Source: Methanocaldococcus sp. 28A
GTDB taxonomy: Archaea > AGJL01 > Methanococci > Methanococcales > Methanocaldococcaceae
Assembly (NCBI GenBank): GCA_049852185.1
Contig: CP187540.1
Strand: one strand, 5' to 3'
Length of the DNA: 64,000 nucleotides
The notes under the pieces: generated by a model
What the model saw: only the letters and a program-made list of their open reading frames with translations
Databases searched by the model: none
What the model was told of the DNA's origin: nothing
Part shown: positions 41,598-52,654 of the stretch, one piece after another
Numbering within the stretch: position 1 is the stretch's first letter
Layout of the letters: each line of letters begins with the position of its first letter
Made by a program: the position numbers and the translations under genes

Positions 41598-42989
41598 TTA
41601 TTTTGAAATTATAATTGTTTTTATTTCGCTCATCTCTTCTATTGCATATTTAATTCCTTCTCTTCCTAACCCACTTTTTTTAACTCCTCCAAATGGCATA
41701 TTATCTTGCCTAAATAATGATGAATCATTTATAACTACTCCTCCAAATTCCAAATGCTCAGCAAATTTTAAAGCTTTATTAATATCATTGGTAAATACTG
41801 CTGAATGCAACCCATATTCTGTGCTGTTGGCTATATCAATCATCTCCTCTTCAGTAGTTCTAATTATTGGAATTACTGGAGCAAAAGTTTCAGTTTTGCA
41901 TAGAATGTTGTCTCTATCAACTTCCAATATTGTTGGATAAAAGAGAGCTTTATCTCTCTTTCCTCCTAAAAGCAATTTTCCTCCATCATCAATTGCTTTT
42001 TCTACAATTTTTTCAACCCATTCCGCATGTTCAACACTTATTAATGGCCCAACATCAGTTTTCTCATCCAATGGATTTCCTACATTAAGTTCTTTGGCTT
42101 TATTTACAAACATATCTATAAACTTATCTGCTATACTCTCATCAACTAAAATCATCCCCACAGAGATGCAAACCTGCCCTGCATAAATAAAGCTTCCTTT
42201 TATTAAAGAACTAACAGTTTTCTCTAAATTAGCATCTTTTAATACAATATTTGGATTAACCCCTCCCAATTCTAAGGTAATTTTTTTAAAACCTGCCTTT
42301 TTAGTTATCATCTCTCCAACTTTAACACTTCCAGTAAATGATATCATATTAACCTTCTCATTAACAACTATTTCATCTCCAACAACCTCCCCAGCCCCTG
42401 TTAGCAAATTATAAACACCTAATGGGACATTATATTTCTTTAAAGCATTTTCTATAATTTTAGCTAACTCTATACAAACAAGAGGAGCTTTTGATGATGG
42501 ATGATGAACAATAACATTCCCAGTAGCTATAGCTGGAGCTATCTTGTGAGCTGATAAATTTAGAGGGAAATTGAATGGTGTTATAGCCCCCACTATACCA
42601 ACTGGTTCTCTCTTTGTAAAAATTAATTTATCATCTGATGGGATTACCTCATCTCTAAACTCTTTAACATAAAAAGCGGCTAATTTAAATGTTCCAATAC
42701 TTCTTTCAACCTCTACTCTTCCCTGTTTTATTGGTTTCCCTGCATCTATAGCCAATATTTTAGCAAGTTCCTCTTTCTTTTCTTTAATTTGTTTGGCAAT
42801 ATTCATTAAGATGTTATATCTTTTGGTTATGGAGAGGTTTTTCATAACTTCTTTATATTTCTCAGCTATATCTATAGCTTCTTTAACCTCCTCTCTACTT
42901 AAAGCAGGGATTTTTTTAATAACTTCTAATGAATATGGGTTAATAACTTCAATATCTTCCCTATCTATCCACTTCCCATTGATGAACAT
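41598..42989 (-). CDS. Lactaldehyde dehydrogenase (ALDH family)
   Basis: ITPFNFP, FTGS, ELGG, GQVC, PFGGVKKSG. Confidence 0.88.
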   Translation of the reverse strand: MFINGKWIDREDIEVINPYSLEVIKKIPALSREEVKEAIDIAEKYKEVMKNLSITKRYNILMNIAKQIKEKKEELAKILAIDAGKPIKQGRVEVERSIGTFKLAAFYVKEFRDEVIPSDDKLIFTKREPVGIVGAITPFNFPLNLSAHKIAPAIATGNVIVHHPSSKAPLVCIELAKIIENALKKYNVPLGVYNLLTGAGEVVGDEIVVNEKVNMISFTGSVKVGEMITKKAGFKKITLELGGVNPNIVLKDANLEKTVSSLIKGSFIYAGQVCISVGMILVDESIADKFIDMFVNKAKELNVGNPLDEKTDVGPLISVEHAEWVEKIVEKAIDDGGKLLLGGKRDKALFYPTILEVDRDNILCKTETFAPVIPIIRTTEEEMIDIANSTEYGLHSAVFTNDINKALKFAEHLEFGGVVINDSSLFRQDNMPFGGVKKSGLGREGIKYAIEEMSEIKTIIISK

Positions 42990-43021
42990 AATCTCACCAG
43001 ATAAAAAGAATCTTAGTAATT

Positions 43022-43135
43022 TATGGTTGTGTGCAAAATAAAATAAACTTTAAAAAGGACAATTTGAATGCCTTCCATAAGGAAGGCATTCACTAATTCC
43101 TTATTTTAATTAAGATAGTTTTGCACACAACTATA
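43022..43135. repeat. MITE family A
   Basis: TIRs GTTGTGTGCAAAA; central hairpin GAATGCCTTCC-ATAA-GGAAGGCATTC. Confidence 0.9.
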
Positions 43136-43309
43136 ATAGGATTTTCACAGTTTTATATTTTGACTTTGGAATATCTGTTTGAATGCACTTTTTATATTTA
43201 TCATGGTAATTTTGAAGTCTTTAGCTTTATATATCTAATAAAAAACTTTATCTCTACATTTAGACAGTTATGAGATGCATTAGAACATTTATTCTTGCTA
43301 AAGTCTTAT
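43136..43309. repeat. MITE family B, degenerate, abutting the family A copy
   Basis: ATAGGATTTTCACAG / TTGCTAAAGTCTTAT. Confidence 0.6.
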
Positions 43310-44528
43310 TTAACTTATAGTATAGTTTTGTATCTCTTTCATATTAAATGTTTTCAGCCTCTATATATTTATATAATGTTGTCAATATAATATCAATGAA
43401 TAATTATATTATTTAATGATAGTATGTATTGATAGTAATGTGGGGGTTATATTATGGACTATATAAATTTAAACTACACACCAAATGAAAATGACGTATT
43501 GTCTTGTATGATAATTAAAGGTGAAAACTTAGAAAAATTGGCAAATGAAATTGCTGGTGAAAGTTCTATTGGAACATGGACAAAAGTTCAAACAATGAAA
43601 AGCGATATTTATGAAAAATTAAGACCAAAAGTATATGAAATTAAAGAGATTGGCAAAGATGGGGAATACAAGGTTGGATTAATAAAAATTGCATATCCAT
43701 TGTATGATTTTGAAATAAACAACATGCCAGGAGTTTTGGCAGGAATATCTGGGAATATATTTGGAATGAAGATAGCTAAGGGTTTAAGAATATTGGACTT
43801 TAGATTTCCAGAAGAGTTTGTCAAAGCTTATAAAGGTCCAAGATTTGGAATTAATGGGGTTAGAGAAACTTTAAAAATTAAGGAAAGACCTTTATTAGGA
43901 ACAATAGTTAAGCCAAAGGTTGGTTTAAAGACAGAAGAGCATGCTAAGGTAGCTTATGATGCGTGGGTAGGAGGGGTAGATATTGTTAAAGATGATGAAA
44001 ATTTAACATCTCAGGAATTCAACAAATTTGAAGATAGAATTTATAAAACCTTAGAGATGAGGGATAAAGCTGAAGAAGAGACAGGAGAAAGAAAGGCATA
44101 TATGCCAAATATAACAGCTCCATATAGGGAGATGATAAAGAGAGCTGAAATTGCTGAAGATGCTGGAAGTGAATATGTAATGATAGATGTCGTTGTTTGT
44201 GGATTTTCAGCAGTTCAATCATTTAGAGAAGAGGATTTCAAATTTATAATCCACGCTCATAGAGCTATGCATGCAGCAATGACAAGAAGTAAAGATTTTG
44301 GAATATCTATGCTTGTATTAGCTAAAATTTATAGGTTGTTGGGTGTTGACCAATTGCACATAGGAACAGTCGTTGGAAAAATGGAAGGTGAAGAAAAAGA
44401 AGTTAAAGCAATTAGAGATGAGATTGTTTATGAAAAAGTTGAGGCAGATAATGAGCACAAGTTCTTTAATCAGATGTGGTTTGATATTAAACCAGTATTT
44501 CCAGTATCATCTGGAGGGGTTCATCCAA

Positions 44529-45665
44529 ATAGAACTTTCGCATCCACATTTAAATACTTAGATTAACGATAAACCAATTTCTTCACACAAAGAGATTATG
44601 GCATTACCAACGGCTATTCGATTTAGTTTTCTTCTAAGTTCGTACCAACTGATATTTTTATCGATTCTAATTTTCTCTAAGAGGTAGAAGGCTCTCATAG
44701 AAAGGGAGATATGACCTAAAATTGGAAATTTTTTTCTAACGAAGAAATTGCCTGTATTACAGCACTGTTTAACACCCCTATGGAATTCCTCGATTCTCCA
44801 AGAGGCGTTTTTGACCTCTTGGAATTCTTCGAAACTCATAAATAGGTTATTAGTTATATAATATTTTGCCTTTCCGTTTTTGGAAAGGCAGAAGAGTCTA
44901 ACATAGCCAACTTTTCGTAGATAAACGATTAATCCATTCTTAGGAATTTCCTTAAGGTCTTCGATTGATACCCACTTTCCGTTTTTGGAGAGTTTTACCT
45001 TTCTATTCCTTTTAATTCTGCAGAGGTAGAATAAACCTAAACTATCGATAAGTTTTAAGTTATCTTTACTTGAATACCAACTATCGAAACAGATATATCT
45101 AATATTTAATCCTTTATCTACTAAAGACTTTATTATCTCCCTACATAAATTATTTTTCGTCTTTCCATCTCTTGGTCTGTCATATACTCTAAAATCGATT
45201 GGAATAATATGTTTTCCATTTGTAATTATGCAATCAACGATATGTATGCCTTTAATTACTCGTTTATGTAGATTACTCCAACAATAATAAGCAAATTCAG
45301 TCGATTTAGAGTAAATTTTATCTATAACAAAGTCATCTATAACGACAATATTATAATCAGGAGTGATTAAATCTTTAACGAAATTAAAAAGCTTTTCTTG
45401 TGGGAAGATTCCTTCTTCCCAAAGTATTCTATTTATTGTATCGTGAGATATGTCGATTCCGAAAATACGCAACGTTTTCGATAACTCTACACACGAATTA
45501 ATCTCTGAAAGTAATATAAAAAGCATATAAACGATAGTCCTCGACATTTTTAGCATATTTTCCCCAAAATAAACTTTTTGTTTCGAAAAATTATAATATC
45601 TAATAAAAATAGATTATCATGAAATGTTATAATAAAATATTTAAATATGCTTGCAAAAGTCCTAT
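44529..45665 (-). mobile_element. IS701-like insertion sequence, 1137 bp
   Basis: 28-bp imperfect TIRs ATAGAACTTTCGCATCCACATTTAAATA / ATAGGACTTTTGCAAGCATATTTAAATA; CCAA duplicated at 44525-44528 and 45666-45669. Confidence 0.92.
44558..45556 (-). CDS. DDE transposase (IS701-like), intact
   Basis: SHDTINR, IDDFVIDK, FDSWY, WRIEEFHRGVKQ. Confidence 0.9.
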   Translation of the reverse strand: MLKMSRTIVYMLFILLSEINSCVELSKTLRIFGIDISHDTINRILWEEGIFPQEKLFNFVKDLITPDYNIVVIDDFVIDKIYSKSTEFAYYCWSNLHKRVIKGIHIVDCIITNGKHIIPIDFRVYDRPRDGKTKNNLCREIIKSLVDKGLNIRYICFDSWYSSKDNLKLIDSLGLFYLCRIKRNRKVKLSKNGKWVSIEDLKEIPKNGLIVYLRKVGYVRLFCLSKNGKAKYYITNNLFMSFEEFQEVKNASWRIEEFHRGVKQCCNTGNFFVRKKFPILGHISLSMRAFYLLEKIRIDKNISWYELRRKLNRIAVGNAIISLCEEIGLSLI

Positions 45666-45891
45666 CCAAAATTAGTTCCAAAAATAGTTGAGATTTTAGG
45701 CACAGATATAATTATTCAAGCAGGGGGAGGGATTCACGGACATCCAGATGGAACTACAGCTGGAGCTAAGGCAATGAGGGCTGCTATTGAGGCAGTTATG
45801 GAGAAAAAATCTTTAGAAGAAAAAGCAGAAGAAGTTGCAGAATTAAAAAAGGCTTTAGAGTATTGGAAATAATTAATAAAAATTATTAAAT

Positions 45892-46731
45892 TTAATCTTT
45901 TGGTTTTATAGCAACAACTCCTAATGCTTTTTCTACTCTTCTAACATTTACAAATCCAACTTTCCTCAACCTTTCCATGACTCCTTTTTGTAAATCCTTT
46001 CCTCTATACTTCTTTCCTGGATTACCCACATAATGAAATAATCTTCCCCCAGGCTTTAAGACTCTAAAAATCTCTTTATAAAACTCTTCGCTATATAGAT
46101 GCCCAGCTAAGCTAAACCTTGGTGGGTCGTGAATAACAACATCAAACTCTTCATCTTTAAAAGTTTTTATAACTTCATAAGCATCTCCTAAAATAATCTT
46201 AATATTTCCTTTAAACAACTCTTCACTATAAGGGTTTATCTTAGCCAATTCCAAAACATTTGGATTTTTTTCTATTGTTATAACTTCAGCCCCTCTTTTA
46301 TATGCCTCTATAGCAGTATATCCTAAACCCATACAAGTATCTAAAACCTTCTCCCCTCTTTTTACTTTTACAGGGTTTATCTTATTTTGTGTATCTTCAT
46401 ATGGATTAACTTCCTTAGTTCTGTGCATCCTTATTCCATTTATCTCAATAGTTGGTGGGATTGTTGGAACTAATTTGTAATATCCGTTATTTGATATTGC
46501 AGCTTTAAAAACTTCCCCATCTTTTATAAAATATATGTGCCCCTCATCTTTAGCAATCTTTTTTAAAATATCAAAGCTAACATCTCCCTCAGGAAACTTA
46601 ACTATATAATTATTTCTATCTATTATTATTTTTTCTTTCTTTTCTGTTTTATTTAAATCTAAATTCAAAAAAATCTCATTAGATTTTGAGTTCAAAATCT
46701 CCTTAGCTATTTTTGAGGTTATGTAGTTCAT
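45892..46731 (-). CDS. SAM-dependent methyltransferase
   Basis: LDTCMGLGYTA, HDPPRF, LKPGG. Confidence 0.88.
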   Translation of the reverse strand: MNYITSKIAKEILNSKSNEIFLNLDLNKTEKKEKIIIDRNNYIVKFPEGDVSFDILKKIAKDEGHIYFIKDGEVFKAAISNNGYYKLVPTIPPTIEINGIRMHRTKEVNPYEDTQNKINPVKVKRGEKVLDTCMGLGYTAIEAYKRGAEVITIEKNPNVLELAKINPYSEELFKGNIKIILGDAYEVIKTFKDEEFDVVIHDPPRFSLAGHLYSEEFYKEIFRVLKPGGRLFHYVGNPGKKYRGKDLQKGVMERLRKVGFVNVRRVEKALGVVAIKPKD

Positions 46732-46924
46732 AATCTCAACCTAGATAATAATGCCTAAGGGTTCAAAACTTCCTTAATCTTCCTTAATATATCTTTTTAA
46801 TATCCATTTATGCGAAAGTCCTATCGATAGCTATATATTTATTTTATTGCAATAAATATTTATCATGGATGTCAATAATCTATCATAATTTATAATCATT
46901 AGTATTTCTAATAAGGGGGTTTCT

Positions 46925-47815
46925 ATGGAACTAACGGTTGTGCAAAGGGAAATATTGCAAGAACTCATAAACCTTTACAGAGAAAAAAATCGCCCAATAA
47001 AAGGTACTGAAATTGCTTTAAGATTAAATAGAAATCCTGGAACCATAAGAAACCAAATGCAAGCTTTAAGAGCATTAGATTTAGTTGATGGGGTTCCTGG
47101 ACCTAAAGGTGGATATGTTCCAACAAGTAAGGCATATAGAGCTTTAGGATTGGAGGATGAAGGGGAAATAATAGTACCAATATATAAAGATGGAAAAAAA
47201 ATTGAAGGAGTTAAGGTTGTAAAGATAGAGTTTGACACTGTTTCTCATGAGAAATACTGCTCCTCAAAGATACACATTGAAGGAGATACTAAGCATTTCA
47301 ATATTGGAGATATTATTAGAGTTGGTCCTACATATCATAATAAAATTATCATCAATGGAAAAGTTATTGGAAGAGACGATATACATAGAATTTTATTAAT
47401 AGATGTTTTGGGGGTTTCAAGTATTCCAAATATAAAAGTTGGAGATATTGGAATTAAAAAAGTTTATACTGTAAGTCCAAATAATACTCTAAAAGAAACT
47501 GCTAAGTTACTTGCTGAAAAAAATATTAGTGGGGCCCCAGTTGTTGATAACGATAATTTAGTTGGAATTATTAGCTTACATGATATTGCTGAAAATATAG
47601 AAAATATTGATAAAAAAGTTGAAGAAGTTATGAGTAAAAATGTTTTAACAATACATAAAGATGAAAAGATATACGAAGCATTAAAAATTATGAACAAAAA
47701 TAACGTTGGTAGATTGGTTATAGTTGATGATAACAATAAAATTGTTGGTATTATAACAAGAACAGATATATTAAAGATTATCAGCGGAAAATTTCCAGAA
47801 AATTTTCATCTCTAA
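46925..47815 (+). CDS. HrcA-like HTH plus CBS-pair regulator
   Basis: PGTIRNQMQAL...GPKGGY N-terminal wHTH; two CBS domains. Confidence 0.85.
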   Translation: MELTVVQREILQELINLYREKNRPIKGTEIALRLNRNPGTIRNQMQALRALDLVDGVPGPKGGYVPTSKAYRALGLEDEGEIIVPIYKDGKKIEGVKVVKIEFDTVSHEKYCSSKIHIEGDTKHFNIGDIIRVGPTYHNKIIINGKVIGRDDIHRILLIDVLGVSSIPNIKVGDIGIKKVYTVSPNNTLKETAKLLAEKNISGAPVVDNDNLVGIISLHDIAENIENIDKKVEEVMSKNVLTIHKDEKIYEALKIMNKNNVGRLVIVDDNNKIVGIITRTDILKIISGKFPENFHL

Positions 47816-47924
47816 AAATCTATAAGTAAAACATATATATTATTTATATTATTTCAATACTAATTAAGTAAAGATTTTTTATATTACTTTAAAAGATTTT
47901 ATAATTTTTTGATGAGGGATAACT

Positions 47925-49628
47925 ATGGTTAAGATTACAGACACTACTTTTAGAGATGCACAACAATCATTGATAGCTACAAGAATGAGAACTGAGGATA
48001 TGCTTCCTATAGCAGAAAAGATGGATGAAGTGGGCTTTTATTCTATGGAAGTTTGGGGAGGAGCTACTTTTGATGCATGTATAAGATATTTAAATGAAGA
48101 CCCTTGGGAGAGGTTAAGGGCTTTAAAAAAGAGAATACAAAACACTCCATTACAGATGCTTTTAAGGGGGCAAAACTTAGTTGGTTATAGACATTACCCG
48201 GATGATATTGTAGAAAAGTTTGTTATAAAAGCTTATGAGAATGGGATTGACATTTTTAGGATTTTTGATGCTTTAAACGATGTAAGAAATATGGAAACTG
48301 CAATAAAAACAGCTAAGAAAGTAGGGGCTGAAGTTCAGGGAGCTATAAGCTACACAATAAGTCCTGTCCATACAATTGACCAGTATGTTGAGTTAGCAAA
48401 AAAATTGGAAGAGATGGGTTGTGATACAATATACATTAAAGATATGGCTGGGCTTTTAACACCTTATGAAGGATATGAATTAGTTAAAAGATTAAAGGAA
48501 GAGGTTTCAGTTCCTGTAGGAGTTCATAGCCACTGCACAAGTGGTTTGGCACCAATGACTTATTTAAAGGTTATAGAGGCAGGAGCAGATATAGTAGATT
48601 GTGCCATATCACCATTTGCTATGGGAACATCTCAACCACCAACAGAAAGCATTGTTGTTGCTTTAAAAGGAACTAAATATGATACTGGCTTAGACTTAAA
48701 GTTGTTGAATGAGATTAGAGATTACTTTATGAAAGTTAGAGAGAAATATAAGATGCTATTCTCTCCAATATCCCAAATAGTAGATGCGAGAGTTTTGGTA
48801 TATCAAGTCCCTGGGGGGATGTTATCAAACTTAGTTTCACAGCTTAAAGAACAAGGAGCTTTGGATAAGCTTGAAGATGTTTTAAAAGAAATTCCAAGAG
48901 TTAGAAAGGATTTAGGATATCCACCATTAGTTACTCCAACATCCCAAATTGTCGGAACTCAAGCTGTTTTGAATGTTTTAACTGAAGAGAGATATAAGAT
49001 TATAACAAACGAAGTAGTTAATTATGTGAAGGGCTATTATGGAAAGCCACCAGCTCCAATAAACCCAGAGTTGTTGAAGAGAGTTTTAGATGAAGGAGAA
49101 AAACCGATAACCTGCAGACCTGCTGATTTGTTAGAACCAGAGTGGGAAAAGGTTAAAAAAGAAGCAGAAGAAAAAGGAATTGTAAAGAAGGAAGAGGATA
49201 TATTAACCTATGCATTATATCCACAAATAGCAGTTAAGTTCTTAAGAGGAGAGTTAAAAGCTGAGCCAATACCAAAAGAGAAAGATATTGGAAAGATTTT
49301 AGAGATTCCAACAGAGTATATTATAGAAGTTGATGGAGAAAAGTTTGAAGTTAAAATAGAACCAAAAATAGGGACTGAATTGAAGAGAAAGAAAGAGATT
49401 GTAACTGCAGAAATAGAAGGGGCTGTTACATCACCATTTAGAGGAATGGTAACTAAGATTAAAGTTAAAGAAGGAGACAAAGTTAAGAAAGGAGATATCA
49501 TTGCTGTATTGGAGGCTATGAAGATGGAACATCCAATAGAAAGCCCTGTTGAGGGAACTGTTGAGAAGATATTAATTGATGAAGGAGATGCTGTGAATGT
49601 TGGGGATGTAATTATGATTATTAAATAA
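47925..49628 (+). CDS. pycB: Pyruvate carboxylase subunit B
   Basis: DTTFRDAQQS, WGGATFD, VPGGM, EAMKM biotin site. Confidence 0.95.
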   Translation: MVKITDTTFRDAQQSLIATRMRTEDMLPIAEKMDEVGFYSMEVWGGATFDACIRYLNEDPWERLRALKKRIQNTPLQMLLRGQNLVGYRHYPDDIVEKFVIKAYENGIDIFRIFDALNDVRNMETAIKTAKKVGAEVQGAISYTISPVHTIDQYVELAKKLEEMGCDTIYIKDMAGLLTPYEGYELVKRLKEEVSVPVGVHSHCTSGLAPMTYLKVIEAGADIVDCAISPFAMGTSQPPTESIVVALKGTKYDTGLDLKLLNEIRDYFMKVREKYKMLFSPISQIVDARVLVYQVPGGMLSNLVSQLKEQGALDKLEDVLKEIPRVRKDLGYPPLVTPTSQIVGTQAVLNVLTEERYKIITNEVVNYVKGYYGKPPAPINPELLKRVLDEGEKPITCRPADLLEPEWEKVKKEAEEKGIVKKEEDILTYALYPQIAVKFLRGELKAEPIPKEKDIGKILEIPTEYIIEVDGEKFEVKIEPKIGTELKRKKEIVTAEIEGAVTSPFRGMVTKIKVKEGDKVKKGDIIAVLEAMKMEHPIESPVEGTVEKILIDEGDAVNVGDVIMIIK

Positions 49629-49712
49629 CTATTAAACAAATAAACAAACTTTTTTGTCTCTTAGATTTTATTAGATAATTTTAAAATATAAACTCGTTTC
49701 TGTGGTGAAAAC

Positions 49713-51218
49713 ATGTTTAACAAAGTTTTAATTGCCAATAGAGGAGAGATAGCCATTAGAATTATAAGGGCTTGTTGGGAGCTTGGAATAAAAACTGTAG
49801 CTGTTTATTCTGAGGCAGATAAAAAAGCATTACATGTTTCTTTAGCTGATGAAGCTTATTGTATAGGAAAACCCCCTGCAGCTAAAAGTTATCTAAATAT
49901 TAATGCCATTCTAAATGTTGCTGAAAAGGCAAAAGTTGATGCTATTCATCCTGGATATGGATTTTTAGCTGAAAATGCTGAATTTGCAAGGGCTGTTAAA
50001 AAGGCAGGTTTTGAATTTATTGGGCCTAATCCTGATGCTATAGAGGCTATGGGAAGTAAGATTAATGCTAAAAAAATTATGAAAAAAGCTGGTGTGCCTT
50101 TAATTCCTGGTAGTGAGGGGGCTGTTGAAGATGTAGATGAGGCAATAGAAATTGCTGAAGAGATAGGATTTCCTGTAGTTGTTAAAGCTTCTGCTGGCGG
50201 TGGCGGAATGGGAATGAGCGTAGCATATAACAAAGAAGAGCTAAAAGAAGTTATGGAATCCGCAAGAAATATAGCAAAAAGTGCATTTGGCGACCCAACA
50301 GTGTTTATTGAAAAATACTTAGAGAATCCAAGACACATTGAAATTCAGTTATTGGGGGATAAGCATGGAAATATTATCCATTTAGGTGATAGAGAGTGTT
50401 CTATTCAAAGAAGACATCAAAAATTAATTGAAGAAGCTCCATCTCCAATAATGACTGAAGAGTTAAGAGAAAGGATGGGGGAGGCTGCAATCAAAGCAGG
50501 TAAGGCAATAAATTATGATAGCGCAGGAACTGTTGAGTTTTTATATGAAAATGGTAATTTCTACTTCTTAGAGATGAACACAAGGATTCAAGTTGAGCAT
50601 ACAGTTACAGAGCAAGTTACTGGAATTGATTTAGTTAAGGCTATGATTAGAATAGCTGCTGGAGAAGAGCTAAGCATAAAGCAAGAAGATGTTAAGATAA
50701 GAGGGCATGCAATTGAATGTAGAATAAATGCAGAAGACCCATTAAATGATTTCGTCCCATGTCCTGGAAAAATAAAGTTATATAGGTCTCCAGGAGGACC
50801 GGGGGTTAGGATAGATAGTGGTGTCTGTGGAGGGGCAGAGATTCCTCCATACTACGACCCTATGATAGCTAAATTAATAACTTATGGAAATAGCAGAGAG
50901 GAGGCAATAGCAAGGATGAGAAGAGCTTTAAAAGAGTATGTCATTGTTGGAGTAACAACAAACATCCCCTTTCACAGGGCTGTTTTAGAGGAAGAGAACT
51001 TTTTAAAAGGGAATATCTCAACTCACTATGTTGAGCAAAATATGGAAAAATTGAAAAAGAAAATGGTTCAATATACCTTAGAATCAAGAGATTTATACAG
51101 TGTTGTATCAGAGAAGGTATTTGAAAAGAACAAAAAGATTGCTGCTGTAGTTGGTGGTTTAACAATGTATATCTCCCAAATTATGAAAGAAAATGAAAAA
51201 AATGAAAAGAAACAGTAA
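49713..51218 (+). CDS. pycA: Pyruvate carboxylase subunit A (biotin carboxylase)
   Basis: [38 protein letters not shown]. Confidence 0.95.
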   Translation: MFNKVLIANRGEIAIRIIRACWELGIKTVAVYSEADKKALHVSLADEAYCIGKPPAAKSYLNINAILNVAEKAKVDAIHPGYGFLAENAEFARAVKKAGFEFIGPNPDAIEAMGSKINAKKIMKKAGVPLIPGSEGAVEDVDEAIEIAEEIGFPVVVKASAGGGGMGMSVAYNKEELKEVMESARNIAKSAFGDPTVFIEKYLENPRHIEIQLLGDKHGNIIHLGDRECSIQRRHQKLIEEAPSPIMTEELRERMGEAAIKAGKAINYDSAGTVEFLYENGNFYFLEMNTRIQVEHTVTEQVTGIDLVKAMIRIAAGEELSIKQEDVKIRGHAIECRINAEDPLNDFVPCPGKIKLYRSPGGPGVRIDSGVCGGAEIPPYYDPMIAKLITYGNSREEAIARMRRALKEYVIVGVTTNIPFHRAVLEEENFLKGNISTHYVEQNMEKLKKKMVQYTLESRDLYSVVSEKVFEKNKKIAAVVGGLTMYISQIMKENEKNEKKQ

Positions 51219-51280
51219 AATATCTTATAACAGTAATATTTATATAATATAAGGCAATAGTTATTAAAAGCTTCTTTTTA

Positions 51281-51374
51281 ATAGGACTTTCGCAGGAATA
51301 AAATTTTTATTGAATATAGACACCTAAAGGTGTCAAAGTTCATTAATTCAACGTATAAACTGCGAAAGTCCTAT
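51281..51374. repeat. MITE family B, best-preserved copy
   Basis: Perfect TIR ATAGGACTTTCGCAG; central hairpin GACACC-TAAA-GGTGTC. Confidence 0.92.
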
Positions 51375-51403
51375 TTAATGAAATTAAATAAAAGGTGATA
51401 ATA

Positions 51404-51802
51404 ATGCCAGGAACTAAGCAAGTTAACGTCGGTTCTTTAAAAGTTGGACAGTATGTTATGATTGATGGAGTTCCATGTGAGATTGTAGATATCAGTGTTT
51501 CAAAGCCAGGAAAACACGGAGGAGCTAAGGCAAGAGTCGTAGGGATTGGAATATTTGAAAAAGTTAAGAAGGAGTTTGTTGCTCCAACATCAAGTAAAGT
51601 AGAAGTTCCAATAATTGACAGAAGAAAAGGACAAGTTTTAGCTTTAATTGGAGATATGGTCCAAATTATGGACTTACAAACTTATGAAACATTAGAGTTA
51701 CCAATTCCAGAAGGTATTGAAGGATTAGAGCCTGGAAGAGAAGTAGAATACATTGAAGCTGTTGGACAGTACAAAATAACAAGAGTAATTGGTGAAAAAT
51801 AA
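51404..51802 (+). CDS. eif5a: Translation factor aIF-5A
   Basis: SKPGKHGGAK hypusine motif. Confidence 0.96.
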   Translation: MPGTKQVNVGSLKVGQYVMIDGVPCEIVDISVSKPGKHGGAKARVVGIGIFEKVKKEFVAPTSSKVEVPIIDRRKGQVLALIGDMVQIMDLQTYETLELPIPEGIEGLEPGREVEYIEAVGQYKITRVIGEK

Positions 51803-51829
51803 ATATTTAAATTTTAAATTAAATTTCAA

Positions 51830-51929
51830 ATAGGACTTTCGCACTTTATATAATTAATATTAATAAGGAAAATATGATGCCTATGGCATCAAATCTACCT
51901 TTCAATATTTATACCTGCTAAAGTCCTAT
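51830..51929. repeat. MITE family B overlapping the 3' end of the radical SAM gene
   Basis: ATAGGACTTTCGCA / TGCTAAAGTCCTAT, hairpin GATGCC-TAT-GGCATC, flanking TTCAA duplication. Confidence 0.88.
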
Positions 51930-52646
51930 TTCAAAAACACCATTTACAGTTCTTATAATAACATTGTTAATATATTTTTTTGCTATTTTTCCTAATTTTA
52001 TTAATTCCTCTTCTTTTGGAGGATTTATTTTTCTAAATTCTTCATCATAAGCGTCTTTTGGCTCAAACTGTTGGATTGCATATAAATCACAATCTTTGAC
52101 TGTTTTTGCTATCTCCTCTATATCACTTTCATCCATAACTTTTGGAACATATGTTGTTCTACACTCAACAAAGACATTGTTATTTTTGCATAAATCGATA
52201 ATCTTTAATATTTTCTTTTTAATTTCTTCTCCATCTTCTTCACACTTTGTAAAATCTCTGTATTTGTCAAATTTGCATTTTACATCAACTGCTACATAAT
52301 CAATTAAATTATTTTTTACAAGTTCTTCAAAAACTTCTGGTTTTGTGCCATTTGTATCAATTTTTACTGGAAATCCCTTTTCTTTAGCATATCTTGCTAT
52401 CTCTATTAAAGCATCTTTTTGCAAAGTTGGTTCCCCACCACTTATAACAATAGCGTCAGCAAAGAAAAAGTCAATATTATTAAAAAGCTCTTCAACTGTC
52501 ATTTCCTTTTTATGCTCTAAAATATATTTTAGATTATGGCAGTAAGGGCATCTCATATTACAATTATATAAAAATATGACAGCAGAGCATTTTTTTGGAT
52601 AATCAATTGTTGAAAAATCTACTATTCCTGAAACCAGAACTTTCAT
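51918..52646 (-). CDS. Radical SAM activating enzyme (anaerobic RNR activase-like)
   Basis: CNMRCPYCHN, SGGEPTLQ, DTNG. Confidence 0.88.
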   Translation of the reverse strand: MKVLVSGIVDFSTIDYPKKCSAVIFLYNCNMRCPYCHNLKYILEHKKEMTVEELFNNIDFFFADAIVISGGEPTLQKDALIEIARYAKEKGFPVKIDTNGTKPEVFEELVKNNLIDYVAVDVKCKFDKYRDFTKCEEDGEEIKKKILKIIDLCKNNNVFVECRTTYVPKVMDESDIEEIAKTVKDCDLYAIQQFEPKDAYDEEFRKINPPKEEELIKLGKIAKKYINNVIIRTVNGVFEIGL

Positions 52647-52654
52647 TTTTTCAC

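Larger units (their letters stand above)
43454..45872 (+). pseudogene. rbcL: Form III RuBisCO large subunit interrupted by an IS
   Basis: AGESSIGTW, KPKVG, KDDE, HAHRAMH; ...SSGGVHP | IS | KLVPK...QAGGGIHGHP; removing the IS plus one CCAA restores the frame. Confidence 0.95.

Noticed and set aside
45651-45872. Independent 73-aa gene
   Set aside because: It is the displaced RuBisCO C-terminus; the start codon lies in the IS terminal repeat
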